Of a stretch of 64,000 bases of DNA, positions 26,804 to 40,490 are shown one piece after another (within the stretch, counting starts at the first letter, position 1; each line of letters begins with the position of its first letter). The notes under the pieces were generated by a model that ran no database searches, was not told where the DNA came from, and saw only the letters and a list, made by a program, of their open reading frames with translations. Where the stretch lies: NCBI RefSeq assembly GCF_035084215.1, contig NC_090331.1, positions 25,296,001-25,360,000 on the forward strand, written 5' to 3'. Made by a program: the position numbers and the translations under genes. This DNA comes from Heptranchias perlo (Eukaryota).

Positions 26804-27528
26804 TGAATGCCTTGGATAACATTGATGTTGTCCCAGATACAATCAATGGGTTAGTGCCAATTGTGAAAGTGGGTATACTGTACTTGGTGCATGGATTCAT
26901 TTTATAATAAGCGCCCGATCTGCTACCGCCTATTTACTGCCACTGCCAAAAGTTAAAATGACCTCTTGGGTGCCCTCTCTCCAAGCCTCTTGCACCTGTG
27001 CTTTTAAGACAGAGTGGTCTTCAACCTCAAATAGAGATAAGCTCCTTTGGCGCACCTCATGCAGCAGGATGTCCGACCCTTTAACATCAAAGGGGCCAGT
27101 ATTGTCCACATATGTCCGTTGTGCCATTGCGATCAATTTCTCCAGTTTTTTGTCCCCACAGCTTCCCTTTTAATGGCTAGGTGCAGTTCTTTAAAATAAC
27201 TGTAGTCCAGTCATCTCTTAACAATTTTGTTTCATTTCTTTTTTTCTGCAGGCTCATTGGTTCTCATGAGACTTTGTGCTAATTGTTCTATATTTTTTCT
27301 CCAGCACCATTGCTGGCCCCAGTGGAATTGGAACAAGAACAGGAGAACCAACAGGGATATGCCTGGCAGGTCAGGCTGCATGAGATGTGCATGTGTCTGC
27401 AAGCACCTCCACAGCTGCAGAGAAAGGTAAACATACCTCACTTTGTGGAGATGCCGGTGATGGACTGGGGTTGACAATTGTAAACAATTTTACAACACCA
27501 AGTTATAGTCCAGCAATTTTATTTTAAA

Positions 27529-27567
27529 TTCACAAGCTTTCGGAGATTTTCTCCTTCCTCAGGCAAA
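27529..27567 (-). ncRNA. Minimal hammerhead-ribozyme-like motif
   Basis: Reverse complement of 29996-30034. Confidence 0.65.
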
Positions 27568-27815
27568 TGTTTCAAGATCTCCTTGAAGCCTACGCATTTA
27601 TACATATTGAACAATACATGGTGTTTACAGACTGCCCCTGCAACTGCCCGTTGCCAAGGCAATCACCGTGTTCAGACAGAGAGGTGTTACCTGCAGAACC
27701 CCCGAATACACATTCTACAAAAAAACAAACAGGGAAAAAAAACAGAGAAAAAAAAAACACAGAGAGAGGCAGAAACATCCGGAAGGCAGAGAGAGCCAGC
27801 AAATGACCCATTATA

Positions 27816-28727
27816 TTAAAAACAGATAACATTTGTTCGCTGGTGGGGTAACGTGTAGCGTGACATGAACCCAAGATCCCGGTTGAGGCCGTCCTCATGG
27901 GTGCGGAACTTGGCTATCAATTTCTGCTCGACGATTTTGCGTTGTCGTGTGTCTCGAAGGCCGCCTTGGAGTACGCTTACCCGAAGGTCGGTGGATGAAT
28001 GTCCATGACTGCTGAAGTGTTCCCCGACTGGGAGGGAACCCTCCTGTTTGGCGATTGTTGCGCGGTGTCCGTTCATCCGTTGTCGCAGCGTCTGCATGGT
28101 CTCGCCAATGTACCATGCTCTGGGGCATCCTTTCCTGCAACGTATGAGGTAGACAACGTTGGCTGAGTCACAGGAGTATGAACCATGCACCTGGTGGGTG
28201 GTGTCATCTCGTGTGATGGTGGTATCTGTGTCGATGATCTGGCATGTCTTGCAGAGGTTACCGTGGCAGGGTTGTGTGGCGTCGTGGACGCTGTTCTCTT
28301 GAAAGCTAGGTAGTTTGCTGCGAACGATGGTCTGTTTGAGGTTGGGTGGCTGTTTAAAGGCGAGTAGTGGAGGTGTGGGGATGGCCATAGCGAGGTGTTT
28401 GTCCTCATTGATGACATGTTGAAGGCTGCGGAGAACATGGCGTAGTTTCTCCGCTCCGGGGAAGTACTGGACGACAAAGGGTACTCTGTTGGTTGCGTCC
28501 CGTGTTAGTCTCCTGAGGAGGTCTATGCGATTTTTTGCTGTGGCCCGTCGGAATTGTCGATCGATGAGTCGAGCGTCATATCCCGTTCTTACTAGGGCGT
28601 CTTTCAGCGTCTGTAGGTGTCCATCGCGTTCCTCCTCGTCTGAGCAGACCCTGTGTATTCGCAGGGCCTGTCCATAGGGGATGGCCTCTTTGACGTGGTT
28701 AGGGTGGAAGCTGGAAAAGTGGAGCAT
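27816..28727 (-). CDS. 5'-truncated PLE ORF: RT thumb, Cys linker and GIY-YIG endonuclease
   Basis: Uninterrupted 303 aa. HPNHVKEAIPYGQALRIHRVCS thumb, PCHGNLCKTC linker, VVYLIRC...YIGET...RMNGH GIY-YIG. Confidence 0.85.
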   Translation of the reverse strand: MLHFSSFHPNHVKEAIPYGQALRIHRVCSDEEERDGHLQTLKDALVRTGYDARLIDRQFRRATAKNRIDLLRRLTRDATNRVPFVVQYFPGAEKLRHVLRSLQHVINEDKHLAMAIPTPPLLAFKQPPNLKQTIVRSKLPSFQENSVHDATQPCHGNLCKTCQIIDTDTTITRDDTTHQVHGSYSCDSANVVYLIRCRKGCPRAWYIGETMQTLRQRMNGHRATIAKQEGSLPVGEHFSSHGHSSTDLRVSVLQGGLRDTRQRKIVEQKLIAKFRTHEDGLNRDLGFMSRYTLPHQRTNVICF

Positions 28728-28738
28728 CGTGAGGTTGA

Positions 28739-29747
28739 CTCCTCAGAATCAGTTTCTTTCTTGGACACACGAATCTCCATCAAAGACGGGCACCTCAGCA
28801 CCTCACTCTACCGCAAGCCCACGGACAACCTCACGATGCTCCACTTTTCCAGCTTCCACCCTAACCACGTCAAAGAGGCCATCCCCTATGGACAGGCCCT
28901 GCGAATACACAGGGTCTGCTCAGACGAGGAGGAACGCGATGGACACCTACAGACGCTGAAAGACGCCCTAGTAAGAACGGGATATGACGCTCGACTCATC
29001 GATCGACAATTCCGACGGGCCACAGCAAAAAATCGCATAGACCTCCTCAGGAGACTAACACGGGACGCAACCAACAGAGTACCCTTTGTCGTCCAGTACT
29101 TCCCCGGAGCGGAGAAACTACGCCATGTTCTCCGCAGCCTTCAACATGTCATCAATGAGGACAAACACCTCGCTATGGCCATCCCCACACCTCCACTACT
29201 CGCCTTTAAACAGCCACCCAACCTCAAACAGACCATCGTTCGCAGCAAACTACCTAGCTTTCAAGAGAACAGCGTCCACGACGCCACACAACCCTGCCAC
29301 GGTAACCTCTGCAAGACATGCCAGATCATCGACACAGATACCACCATCACACGAGATGACACCACCCACCAGGTGCATGGTTCATACTCCTGTGACTCAG
29401 CCAACGTTGTCTACCTCATACGTTGCAGGAAAGGATGCCCCAGAGCATGGTACATTGGCGAGACCATGCAGACGCTGCGACAACGGATGAACGGACACCG
29501 CGCAACAATCGCCAAACAGGAGGGTTCCCTCCCAGTCGGGGAACACTTCAGCAGTCATGGACATTCATCCACCGACCTTCGGGTAAGCGTACTCCAAGGC
29601 GGCCTTCGAGACACACGACAACGCAAAATCGTCGAGCAGAAATTGATAGCCAAGTTCCGCACCCATGAGGACGGCCTCAACCGGGATCTTGGGTTCATGT
29701 CACGCTACACGTTACCCCACCAGCGAACAAATGTTATCTGTTTTTAA
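28739..29747 (+). CDS. 5'-truncated PLE ORF: RT C-terminus and GIY-YIG endonuclease
   Basis: Starts at about SSESVSFLDTRI...LYRKPTD. The rest is identical in protein to the minus-strand arm. First ATG at 28836. Confidence 0.85.
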
Positions 29748-29995
29748 TATAATGGGTCATTTGCTGGCTCTCTCTGCCTTCCGGATGTTTCTGCCTCTCT
29801 CTGTGTTTTTTTTTTCTCTGTTTTTTTTCCCTGTTTGTTTTTTTGTTGAATGTGTATTCGGGGGTTCTGCAGGTAACACCTCTCTGTCTGAACACGGTGA
29901 TTGCCTTGGCAACGGGCAGTTGCAGGGGCAGTCTGTAAACACCATGTATTGTTCAATATGTATAAATGCGTAGGCTTCAAGGAGATCTTGAAACA

Positions 29996-30034
29996 TTTGC
30001 CTGAGGAAGGAGAAAATCTCCGAAAGCTTGTGAA
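29996..30034 (+). ncRNA. Minimal hammerhead-ribozyme-like motif
   Basis: UUUGC-CUGAGGA-A-GGAGA(AAA)UCUCC-GAAA-GC-UU-GUGAA. Contains the CUGANGA and GAAA core, stem II, a wobble stem I and a palindromic AGCU in place of stem III. Confidence 0.65.
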
Positions 30035-32583
30035 TTTAAAATAAAATTGCTGGACTATAACTTGGTGTTGTAAAATTGTTTACAAATACCTCACTTTGGC
30101 AGATGAACTGTGCATGCAGGCACTTTTCTCTAATTGTTCCCATCCCTTTATCTTTCACTATTAACATTTTTTCCATTCCCACCACTAGTTTGCTCCCTGT
30201 ATATGTGCAAATCTACACCTGCTATTCTAATGAGCTGACTGTGGAAAATTACATGTAAACTGTACACTTCAATTTCAGCCTGTCTAAAGGCTGTTTCTAA
30301 CCATTTGCTCTAAACTGAACCTATAGAGATGAAATCTAAGCTGCTATATTTAATCCTCATTCCTACTTTAGCCTACAAAAAGTAAAAAGCGAGTATACTC
30401 AGTATATCATTGTATATTTTCCACTACATGATACAGTGATCTCACAATATTGGGCAATGCCATTTATTCATTGCTCACTTAACACAATGGCTAAAGCCCT
30501 GCTAATTTGCTGTGCTGATGGTGCGATGGTATCACCAACATATCAAAGCTGTTTTACAAAGTGACTGCTATGTTCCAGAACAACTATTTCCTGGGTGCAT
30601 GTATCTTTACTAAACCTAGAGATGGTATGAGGACAAGAGGGGTGATTCTGTGATGCGATATCCCAGGTGAAGAGCATCACAGAATGGACAGAATGCACTC
30701 GCCGGGAGTGCATCTTGGGCAAGTCTCAGGCAAGTGGATGGAAAATCATAGCTGCACAAACACGATTTCCTGAGATGTGCATTGGTCTTCACTGGGATCA
30801 CCAGATTGCGGAGTCACACCTAATACATGCTCATCAATTTTACCGTAATATTTCTTTTTGCAACCTTTTAATTTTTGGAACCAGAGTGTGTACTGACTCT
30901 TGTACAGAGCATGCTTTAGGATTTTTGGCTCATGGTGGTGCTAACATCATGTCTGCTGCTATTCATCTCAAAAATGGCACTTTCTATGCAATACATTTCA
31001 AGAATATTTTGATGGATTTCTCTGAAACTTGTATAACAGGTTCTAGTCACAAACCTTTTCAGTGTTTGTCTCTTCCCAGGCAGCATCTTAAATAAGGATG
31101 GGGTCTGAATTGTCCCATCTATTTTTGAACAACGATGAAACTGGTCCTCTTTTCATTTTAATTCATGAAGTCTTTGTGTCTAATCCCATAGTTTGACATA
31201 TAATATATAACAAAACCACTTCAGTATGACTGTTGTATTGAATATTTTACCTAAAATCAAAACTTACAACATTTAAATTGCACCAAAGCAGACATGCCAC
31301 TTAAAATTGATATCATGCATGGAGATTACTATCATTTTTGGTTGGCTACAATTCTGACCGACAGTTAAAGAATAGATACTTGAAGTCATTTTCCAAAATA
31401 TAATGATCCAGCATATTTGTACTTTCAACAGTAATAATGTTGGTCTTTGTTGTTCCATCAAGATCACTAGATTTGTTTTGAACTTCTGGCAGCTTTAATT
31501 TTACGGCAGTCTATTCCTTAATATCTTTGCTTGGGTCACAGGCAATTAAAGTACAGTCTGGGTATTCATAGATTAGTCTTGTGAAATGCTTACATTAAAA
31601 AGTACTGTGTTATTGTAGTTCATATTTCTGAGTGACCTTAATGAACTCACTAATGACTTACTCCTTCCTGCCACCTTTTTGATAGTGTGCATGTTTTGAT
31701 ACATTTTAAGGACAAGGATTTTTGTTGGCAATCAATCAATAAAAAGCTGGCAACTTTAAAAATTAAGGTAAAACAGGGCAAAGAATTCAAAGCAATAGAT
31801 TAAAAAAATTATAATATAGTTGATAATGCCAGTTCACAGCGCTGACAGTCTCTAAATCCCGCTTTGTGATGATAGATGCTTCCTCTCTGCAGGAGGATTG
31901 TAAAGGGATGTGCATTCAGATTAGTTCAGAAGGTGGGTTTGGACCCCTTGAAATAAGAATGTTCCATATTTAAAGTCAAGAAGAAAATGGTGTGCAAGGA
32001 GTTATCGGGGAGGAAGACAGCTCCCATTCTGAGCACCTCAGAGAAATGGAGTGCTTCAGATAGGCTGGAGACCCTCACCATCAGATTGTCAAGGAAGTAG
32101 GCAGTTCAAACTAATAGCCTTCTCAGACGCCCAGGGAAATGCATGCTTTAAAAGCACAGCCACTAGACCACTAGAGAAATCAGACAGATCAGATGCAAAT
32201 GATAAGAGAAAAACAAGGGGTGGTGACCCTGCCTGTCAATCATTCCCTTCTGACACCAAAGCCTGAATTAGGGAAATGCTCAAACATTACCTACATTACG
32301 GAAATGTTCGCTACATTATGACCAACATGATAGTACAGATATAGAGCAGGCAAGAAACAGGCAACTGTCTGATCTTGCCATTTTTGTTAGATCTGAATCA
32401 TGCAAACTTTAGACAGATTTAGTTCAATTTGGAATTTCAATTTGGTTCAGAACTCATCTCCTAAGTTCCACTTTTCAAATCTTGGTAACACACAATAGGC
32501 CTAATTCTGCACTTGCAATTGGATGGCAAGCTTCCAGGGAGTGTGCGTTGGTGAATTGGGGATAGCCCTATCTCTGGCCCAAG

Positions 32584-33346
32584 GGGGTAAATTTTAACTT
32601 CCAGCTAGGAAGGGAGCAGGGGGGAAGACTTCCGATTGCCAAACCTGGAAGGTAAGTGGGCGGGGATCGCGACCTTAACGAGGCCCATCAATGGCACTTC
32701 TGGGTTTCACGCCAGGCAGCTAGCCTGATTGACAGGCTGACTGCCTGTTGACAGTGAAAGGAGCTGCATATTAGAAAGGGGGGCGGGAGGGAGAGAGAGA
32801 TCATCGGGCTTGGAAAAAATCGGAGTTGGGGGGGGGTTGGAGGTGGGGGACGTGGAAGACACCAGGGGGTCAGCCAGCGTTGTGGATTGGGGGTGGGGGG
32901 GTCAGCTGATCGCAGGGGTCCTGTCAGCCAGGTGAGCTTGTTGAGCCTGAATGAAATACTCCTGCTCCTCCGGGCCCATAAGCAGTGCAATAAAGGCACT
33001 CACTTCACGGATCCTGCCCTTTCCGCCTGCTTTCACCTGACGTGATTCGGAGGCGATGGGAAACCTGAACAGGTAAGGTTAAATTTGTTTTAATTGTCCA
33101 ATACACAAAATATTAAGTACCTCAAGTATCTCAATGAGGTACATTGCCCTTTTAAGTATCGGCCCGCTGGCTTTAAGAGGGGTTAAGACTTCCTGTTGTT
33201 TGTTCTCCGCAGGTGCACAAATCTGCCTGGGTTAAACCTAGAAGTGGGCTTGTTGGAGCCGGGATGCGCTCCCGCACCGCAAACTTAGCATTTTCACAGC
33301 CCACCCATCTCCAACCCACCCGTTCTTGGGGGTTAAAATTTACCCC
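32584..33346. mobile_element. PIF/Harbinger-type MITE
   Basis: TIR ggggtaaattttaac / gttaaaatttacccc, the same as 45325-46327. Shared internal motif ctcctgctcctc...gcagtgcaataaaggcac. TSD unclear. Confidence 0.82.
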
Positions 33347-33636
33347 GTAGTCTCTGCATTGGAAGTGTGGGATCGTGGAATTACCCAGATAAGTAATATA
33401 ATAGCTGAAGGTGAAGAATACACTGTGGACATCCTTTTCTGAACTACTTAATACCTGAGCAACCTCAAAAAGCAACGATCAAATAGACTGCTAAGCCTGA
33501 AAATTCCTGCCAGCAAAGGTGCTTTCTCCAGTAGGAACTGTGTGAATGAGTGCTGGAAAATCGGCAATTCAGGAACTCTCTCCCTTTCCACCCGCCTGGT
33601 CACTTCCGGCAGTGTACTGTCACACAACTTGTGAAA

Positions 33637-34112
33637 GAACATACGAACATACAAATTAAGAGCAGGAGTAGGCCATTCGGCCCCTCGAGTCTGCTGTGCC
33701 ATTTGATAAGATCATGGCTGATCTGATTGTGACCTCAACCCCACTTTCCCGTCTACCTACTATAACCTTTGACTCCCTTGTTAATCAGGAATCTATCTAA
33801 CTCAGCCTTAAAAATATTCAATGACCCTGCCTCCACCGCTCTCTGGGGAAGGGAGTTCCACAGACTCACGACCTTCTGAGAGAATAAATTTCTCCTCATC
33901 TCCATCTTAAATGGGAGTCCCCTTATTTTTAAACTGTGTCCCCTAGTTCTAGTCTCTCCCACAAGGGGAAACATCCTCTCAGCATCTACCCCTTCAAATC
34001 CCCTCAGGATCTTATATGTTTCAATAAGATCACCTCTTATTCTTCTAAACTCCAATGTATACAGGCCCAACTTATCCAACCTTTCCTCATAAGATAACCC
34101 CCTCATCCTAGG
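33637..34112 (-). mobile_element. CR1 3' fragment
   Basis: MRGLSYEERLDKLGLYTLEFRRIRGDLIETYKI, followed by a CR1 3'UTR. Confidence 0.92.
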
Positions 34113-37100
34113 AGTTTTATTTCAAGTTAAAATTCAGAGCAAATAATGGGGAAGCCTGCTAGTTTGATGATTTCTCTTCCTGGGTGTTAAAGGAGATCCA
34201 GTTTTTTGGCCTGTTGGGAAGGGATTCCTTAAAATTGCACTCCTCATTTCTTTTTGCTACCATTCAAGTGCAAGCTATGGGGAATTCTATCCACTGGATT
34301 TAATGGAAGGGGACTAAGAGAACAAAAAAAGAATGCCAAGGTCTCAGGTGGTATCAGAGACAAATTGGTCATAGCTCCCAATATGCCACCAATAGGCCCA
34401 CAAACAACTACCTGGCAATGATCGAGGAGAAACTCCTCTGCATGCTCTGGTTCACCAATAAGGCAGTTACAGAATTGTGCCGTCTATTACAAGGAGAATT
34501 GCAGCCACGTTCCGCAAGGTGATCAGAGCCCTCAACTCTTATGCATCTAGTTCCTTCCAGGCCAGCACAAAGGATAGCTGCAGAATCAGTAAATTTGCTG
34601 TCCACAGGTATATTATGCAGCAGGGCCAACACTTTAAATTCTTTTCCCACTGAACAGCAAAATAAGCTTGACTGAGATGCCAAATTAGTCATATTAGCAG
34701 ACAAATACCTAACTCATTCATACGATATTCCTCTGTCACCTACTTTACCTTAGGCATTACCAAATTTATTTTAAATGGCTTTAACAGTCCTCTAAAATAC
34801 TGGACAGAGGAAAGTCAGACAAGTGTATTAAGGGTTTGCCTGCTGATACTGTATCTCCATCAATAGGTTCTAGGCTTCAGACTTTAGATTACAACATTTA
34901 CAAACATAAGCAATTTTCCACTTTTTTCCCTCTTTGCAAACTGTCCTTGAGAAGCACGCTGAGGTCTGGACAAGAACATGTGGTAAAATCACAGATTTGT
35001 TTCAAATGTGCTGGTATTTCACAAGATTACTAATTTAACTACTCATTTTGGTCACTGATTGCTTTCTGTCAAGTATTTTGTCTGAAGGGCATTATCATGC
35101 TAATTTTAAATCTTCCCTTTACAGGAACAAACTCTTTGAAAGGGGATTATCACCTCCGCCACTATAGGTGCTGGTTTTGCCTGATGTACACTTGTGCAGA
35201 TCAATACTGTTGTAGCGCTTTGACATTTATATTTAAAAACTGCATTTCCCCCCCTTACTCAATTAACCTTTTGAGGACTAGGCCTTCCCTAGGTGATACT
35301 CATCTTAAAACGTCTTTTTGCATAGGATTCCTCTGAATGCTTCTCTGTTCAGCCCAGTATCTCAGTGTGCTGTAATTCTCAACCTATGTAACAGCAGATA
35401 GAATTTATTATGTTAAAACAAGTAAGGAATAGTCAAAAGGAAATTCTCTGTTTTTGTGTTACCCTTTGCAGAAAGTTCTAGATGATAAATAACCACTTTT
35501 GTAGGTTAAGGGGTTCCAGAACAAGTGGAATATTTAGGGTCAGAAGTATGTCTTTCATTTTGAGCATAATATATTTTACTTTACAATGCACTTTATGTCA
35601 ATTTTAGATCAGTTTCAAGAAATCACAATCAACCAAGCAGCACTCTTTGACTGATTCAGAGACTAGATCATTAATTAGGTGGAATAGAATGGAAATAAAT
35701 TCTGAAACAAAATGATTTGGATATTATAGTGTATAAAATTCACAGCACTTTGACGTTTTTCTGGCAGAAACCTATTAAAGTTCCAGCAGAATGAATTCTG
35801 CAACTTAAAAATTAGGATTGCAGCTTTACAGATTCTTGTAGGTATGCTATGAGAAGAATATTCCTTCTTTGCAAAATCCTACAGAAAGTCAGTACTGTTC
35901 AGTGTTAACAAGATAGCTGTAGATGAAAATTCCACCCTGCTGTCATTGATGATACCGAGGTTCAGGAACATATAGTGGATGACTTGTTTGCATGACTGAA
36001 AGTAACCACTCTGATCTAATTTACTTGCAGTAACAAAGTGCATATGGGTGACTGGCAACAAAATGAATGCTTGTTGAACACCATAACAGAATGGTAACTG
36101 GGTGGTGCTGTTACTGAGAGTATTAGGCACATCTCTAACAGTTCATTGTATAAAACATGGTGTGCTCATTTCACTGATAAAATCAGAAGTGACATTGAGC
36201 CAACGGACTGGTTATTCAGCACAGTACAATGGTTTTCCCACAACAGTGAAACAGGAAATTGCTATCTACCTGTGATTCACTGCGTGGTGAATTTCCTAAT
36301 CTCAAAGGAGGCGTTTTACCCTAGGGTGGGAGGGGAAGATGGCGGTGATGAGTAAGCTCAGGTTGTTCTTGTGCATCCAGTGGCCAGTTATAGCAAAGTA
36401 TGGCAATGGCCTGAGAGAACGTTACTAGTCTACATTATCAAATGGGTAATTGAATGTGATTAGGAGGTGGTTAATGAAAAGATGAATTGGGGTGAAAAAA
36501 CGTTAAATAAACAAAACATCTTGCTTTATTTTTCACTGAACCACCCTTGAACATGGGACCTCTTGGATCTTATGGTCTGTTTCACATTCTGAAGCCTCAA
36601 GTTCCGTTTCAGGGAACTTGAGTTTTAGTGATCATTAAGGTTGGTCAAGAATCTTATATTGAGGTAGAGAAATTGGGATTGGTTTACAGTGATTTTTTTT
36701 TTACCTATCTATAGGCAAAACATGCAATTCAAAGAAAGAGCTAAATCATGTTCTGTTTGACTCGAGTCTCCTGGGAGTATTGTTGCCCTGGTAAAATGAT
36801 TGGAGTGGTGTTTGTCAAGTTTATGCAGCGATGGAGTTGATGCTGTTACCATGATTATGCCTGTATTAAGAATAGATTAATAAATAGTTTCTGTGAAAGC
36901 TAGTTCATCCTGCAGCATCCACTGCAGGTGGAACTTTCCTTATACAGTGGGAAATCAATTTTTTTGGAGCAGGCCATTATAGGGAATGAGGCAGCCAAGA
37001 AACTCCCTGGTAAGGTGATGATTGGAGCAAGTGATTTAGCATTGTGTGATGTGATGTCCAGTAGAAAAACTCCGGTGAACTTCCGTACTTACTGTATTTA

Positions 37101-39055
37101 GTGCAATTTGCTGTTCAAATGTAACAGTTTTGTGTTAACGTCCCAGAGGTAGTGGAACCGCTAATTTCTGAGCACATCTCAGTGACAGCATATCACTTGC
37201 CGCAATAAGTCACTTGTCCTAATAATAATGCCCCTTTAAGTACTAGCCTTGCGGGTGTGAGCTGGGCAAGAAAAAGAGGTCATTCTTCCATTCAGTGTGG
37301 CAGGCTTGAGGTATCTGAGCATGTAGTTCCAGTGGCTATTAGCGAAATATTCAGCATCTTCACATCTGATTCTAACTGAAGTTCATTTTGTTTTGGTCAG
37401 ACAAATCTATCGTGCAAATGATTTTAAGCATGCTTTTAACCTCTCTGAGCAAGCAAGGGTTAAATCCAGATTCAAACCATCTAAAAAATATTCTGTACCT
37501 TTTACACGGTGGACTGGTTAAAAGGATCAAATCAGACTAAAGAGTGTCATGTTAATAAGGTTTATCATATCACTATGAATCTTAAATCATGTTCAGCAAT
37601 GCCTGTTTTAATTGCATTAAACTAACAATATGCTCTTTCCACTAATTAGGCCCTTTAGGAATGTCTACATTAAAGTATCTTTAATTTTCCTATGCACTGC
37701 TCATAAAACAAATCACAGATTCTCCCTATATGCTGGCTCGATTCAACCAAAGGCTTTTGAAAATATGCAAAATTGAAAAGACCTCTGTTTAGGAGATATT
37801 AATTTATGAGGTTTCAGTTCATATGAAGAAAGAAAAGATTAGTTTGTACCTAGTGAGATTGCATGTTTGCAGAATTGATGTGCTTTCCTGTCATAGTCAG
37901 GTGCTGTAGCATAGCTTCTGAGAAAGAGATCTGCAGAACCCAAGCTGAAACAGATATCTGAGCAAGGTAAATATAGAGCAAAAGATTGGCAGGGGGGGTG
38001 CGGGAATGGTGGGGTGGGGGACTACAAGGCTGGCAAGATGATACTGTAAACTGCAAAAGTAAGCTCAAGTTGTTTATGCGTGCAATCTGAACCTTGAGCT
38101 TGTGTTACTGCCTTTAACTTCCTCCTGTATAGTGTTACTTTTTATAATAGATATTGCTTTGATTTATAATTCATGGACGTTGCAAATCCTTAAAGGTTTA
38201 CCAGTATTCAGAGCGAGCTGAGATCCCGGTGGGGTGATGTCAGTGAGTGTTTGCTACAATCTTTAAGACGTGAAAAAGTGCGAGATATTAATCACCTGAC
38301 TGGTGATGGTGTATTACAGGAGAATGCTTTTACAGCCAGAAAAGTCAGTGGAAAGTATTAAAAGAGATTATTTTTTAAAAGTCTGATAGCAGGATATTTT
38401 ATGCTGAATATTTCACTTGGTCCCGAAAATCCATGGCTGTTTCAGCATAGTCCCGTTGTCATTTTGGCAGGGCTCCACTGGATAGGCTGGAAACTAGGGT
38501 AAGGCCCAGATAGGTGGGGTCCCAGCCTTGCACGAAAGTATCCGCAATGGCCTGTTGACAGAAGAACTACCGCCAACTAAAAACTTGGCCATCATCATAA
38601 GGTGGCGGGCACGGGGCTGTGATGGGGACTACCTCGGTTGTGAATTCCCATACCACAGGCCTTGATGCGGAGCTGGTGTATGGTTCATGGAGGTACACGT
38701 GCTCAGACCAGGTATACCTACCTGACCATTGGTGGTGGTGGGGTCCAAGGCCAGGATTGAGGGCTAGACCCATGCACAATTTTTAAAAAAATTACTGAAC
38801 CAATGACAGGTGACCCAGAAGAAATTCAATATAATAGCTCCTTGGCCCCTGAAGTTAATTGATCAAAACTTGCACATACCATTCTAATACTACAATGTAC
38901 AGATTCAACTCCGGCCAGTTCCATTTTACATTTCTTGATAACCTATGCTTATACTTATGAAGGAGTTAAACACCACAGCATTAACTGCCTTAGATGTGAG
39001 TTTTTCTATTCTTGTTCTCTAGTTCTGTGATTAGAGTTTATTGGAGGGAGACAAT

Positions 39056-39844
39056 GGCCCTGATATTTATGGGGAGGTGGCGAGGGAGCGTGGGGAGGGC
39101 GGTTGCGGGAGGTGGGGGGAATCTCGAAAATCCCGGGAACGCAGAGGCCGTGCGAATTCAACGGCAGGATCTCTATCATTTTTAAAATTCCATTTCCTGT
39201 CTGGCATCCGGCCAGATTGACAGGCTGGCCAGCTGCCGGGCGGAAAAGACCGTGGTAGAAGGCTGCAGCCAGGGACCGTTAGGGATGGTCCCCGGCAATC
39301 GGAAAATATCGTAGCTTGGTGGTGGTGGGGGGGCAGGTGGGAGGCTTGGAGCCTGGCAATTGGGAAGGGGGGAGGCAAAGATCTGGGTTGGGCGGGGGGG
39401 GGAAATCGGCCGATTGCAGCATCAAGGAGAGGCCGCAATCGGCAGAAGGTTTGCTTGAGGGGCTGAGGGGAGCACTCCTGCTCCTCCTAGTTCACAAGCG
39501 GTGCTATAAAAAGCACTTACCTGCTTGATGCAGCTGCTCCCGTCTCCACTTAGCTGCCAGGTGTCCCGAGCCCTGGGAAACCTGGCTGGCCAATATTAAA
39601 TTTAAATCAGGCTCCCAACTGCAATGTGGGAGCCTGATTTAAATATTATAATGAAATATCCCGCCTCTCAAGAGCAGAACACAGACACGACACGGAATTC
39701 GCCGCCGTAAAAATGGCAGGAGGCCGTAGGCGGCGGGTTGGAGTAGTGTTGTGCTATTTTTCATTTTGAACCCTCCGCCCGACCCGCTCCCGCCCAGCTT
39801 CGGGGGGGGGGGGGGGGGCGGTTGGTAGAGTTAATATTGACCCC
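39056..39844. mobile_element. PIF/Harbinger-type MITE (imperfect TIRs)
   Basis: Ends ggccctgatattta / ttaatattgacccc. Shares internal blocks gattgacaggctgg and gcactcctgctcctc with the other MITEs. Confidence 0.7.
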
Positions 39845-39929
39845 AAGGTGTTTCCCCAGAGCTAGGAAGGGAGAATCGGTCAGGTGCTCACTTCCTCTTG
39901 TCTTACATGTCTCCAGATGACCAGTTTAA

Positions 39930-40490
39930 ATGTATGTTCTCACTGAAAAGGAGAAGTTTGAGATGTGATATGTTTGCTGTTTTTAGAATTGTAAAGGGGT
40001 TCGATAATGTAGACAATGACAAACTATTTCACTGTGTCCAGAACAGTAGAACCAGAGGGCTTGAAGGGGAGTAAATTCAAAACTAATCTGCAGAAATTAT
40101 ATTTCAGGGAACGAGTGGTCAATCAATGGAACAGACTCCCTAGGGAGACGATAGAAGCAGTTAGCGTTGATTCATTCAAATGCAAATCAGATAGATTTCT
40201 TTTAAAAAAATAATATTTTGGGATACAGTATATGAGTAATTTGAGACATGACATGTGGTAAATGTAGCATGCTTAGGGTGAAAAAGGTAACTTTTATGGT
40301 TCATAAAGCTCTCCACTACTGGGCTTTTCCTTGTGTTATTTCCGGGTCAGTTGTAGACTAATTGATAAGAGATTGATTGCTATGATGAGTCAACAACTCC
40401 ATTATCATTGTATCATGCGATGTACCAGGATGGTAGAAGGAAAACTAGATGGACCTTTTATCATCTAGCAATTCCTATGTTCCTATGTAA
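39930..40490 (+). mobile_element. CR1-like 3' remnant
   Basis: YFRERVVNQWNRLP...SFKCKSDRFL, with a ttcctatgttcctatgt tail. Confidence 0.75.

Larger units (their letters stand above)
27444..30085. mobile_element. Penelope-like element (Neptune-type), tail-out palindromic insertion, subfamily A
   Basis: Arms 27478-28737 and 28826-30085 (1260 bp each, near-identical) with an 88-nt spacer. TSD atacctcactttg at 27433-27445 and 30086-30098. The empty site is visible at ~25391-25420. Confidence 0.95.
26100..31500 (-). pseudogene. Ancient L1/Tx1-like ORF2 remnant, interrupted by later insertions
   Basis: Hand translation of broken frames gives PTFTIGTNPL/IWDNINVIQGI (~26800-26880), KTMVNGKLQTPNYFW (~26350-26400) and LLWCNL (~31280), in L1 ORF2 order. 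Very degraded. Confidence 0.35.

Noticed and set aside
28653-29747. 364-aa ORF as a novel fusion gene
   Set aside because: It starts at GTG. The N-terminal ~28 aa are just the antisense of the opposite arm read across the palindrome junction.
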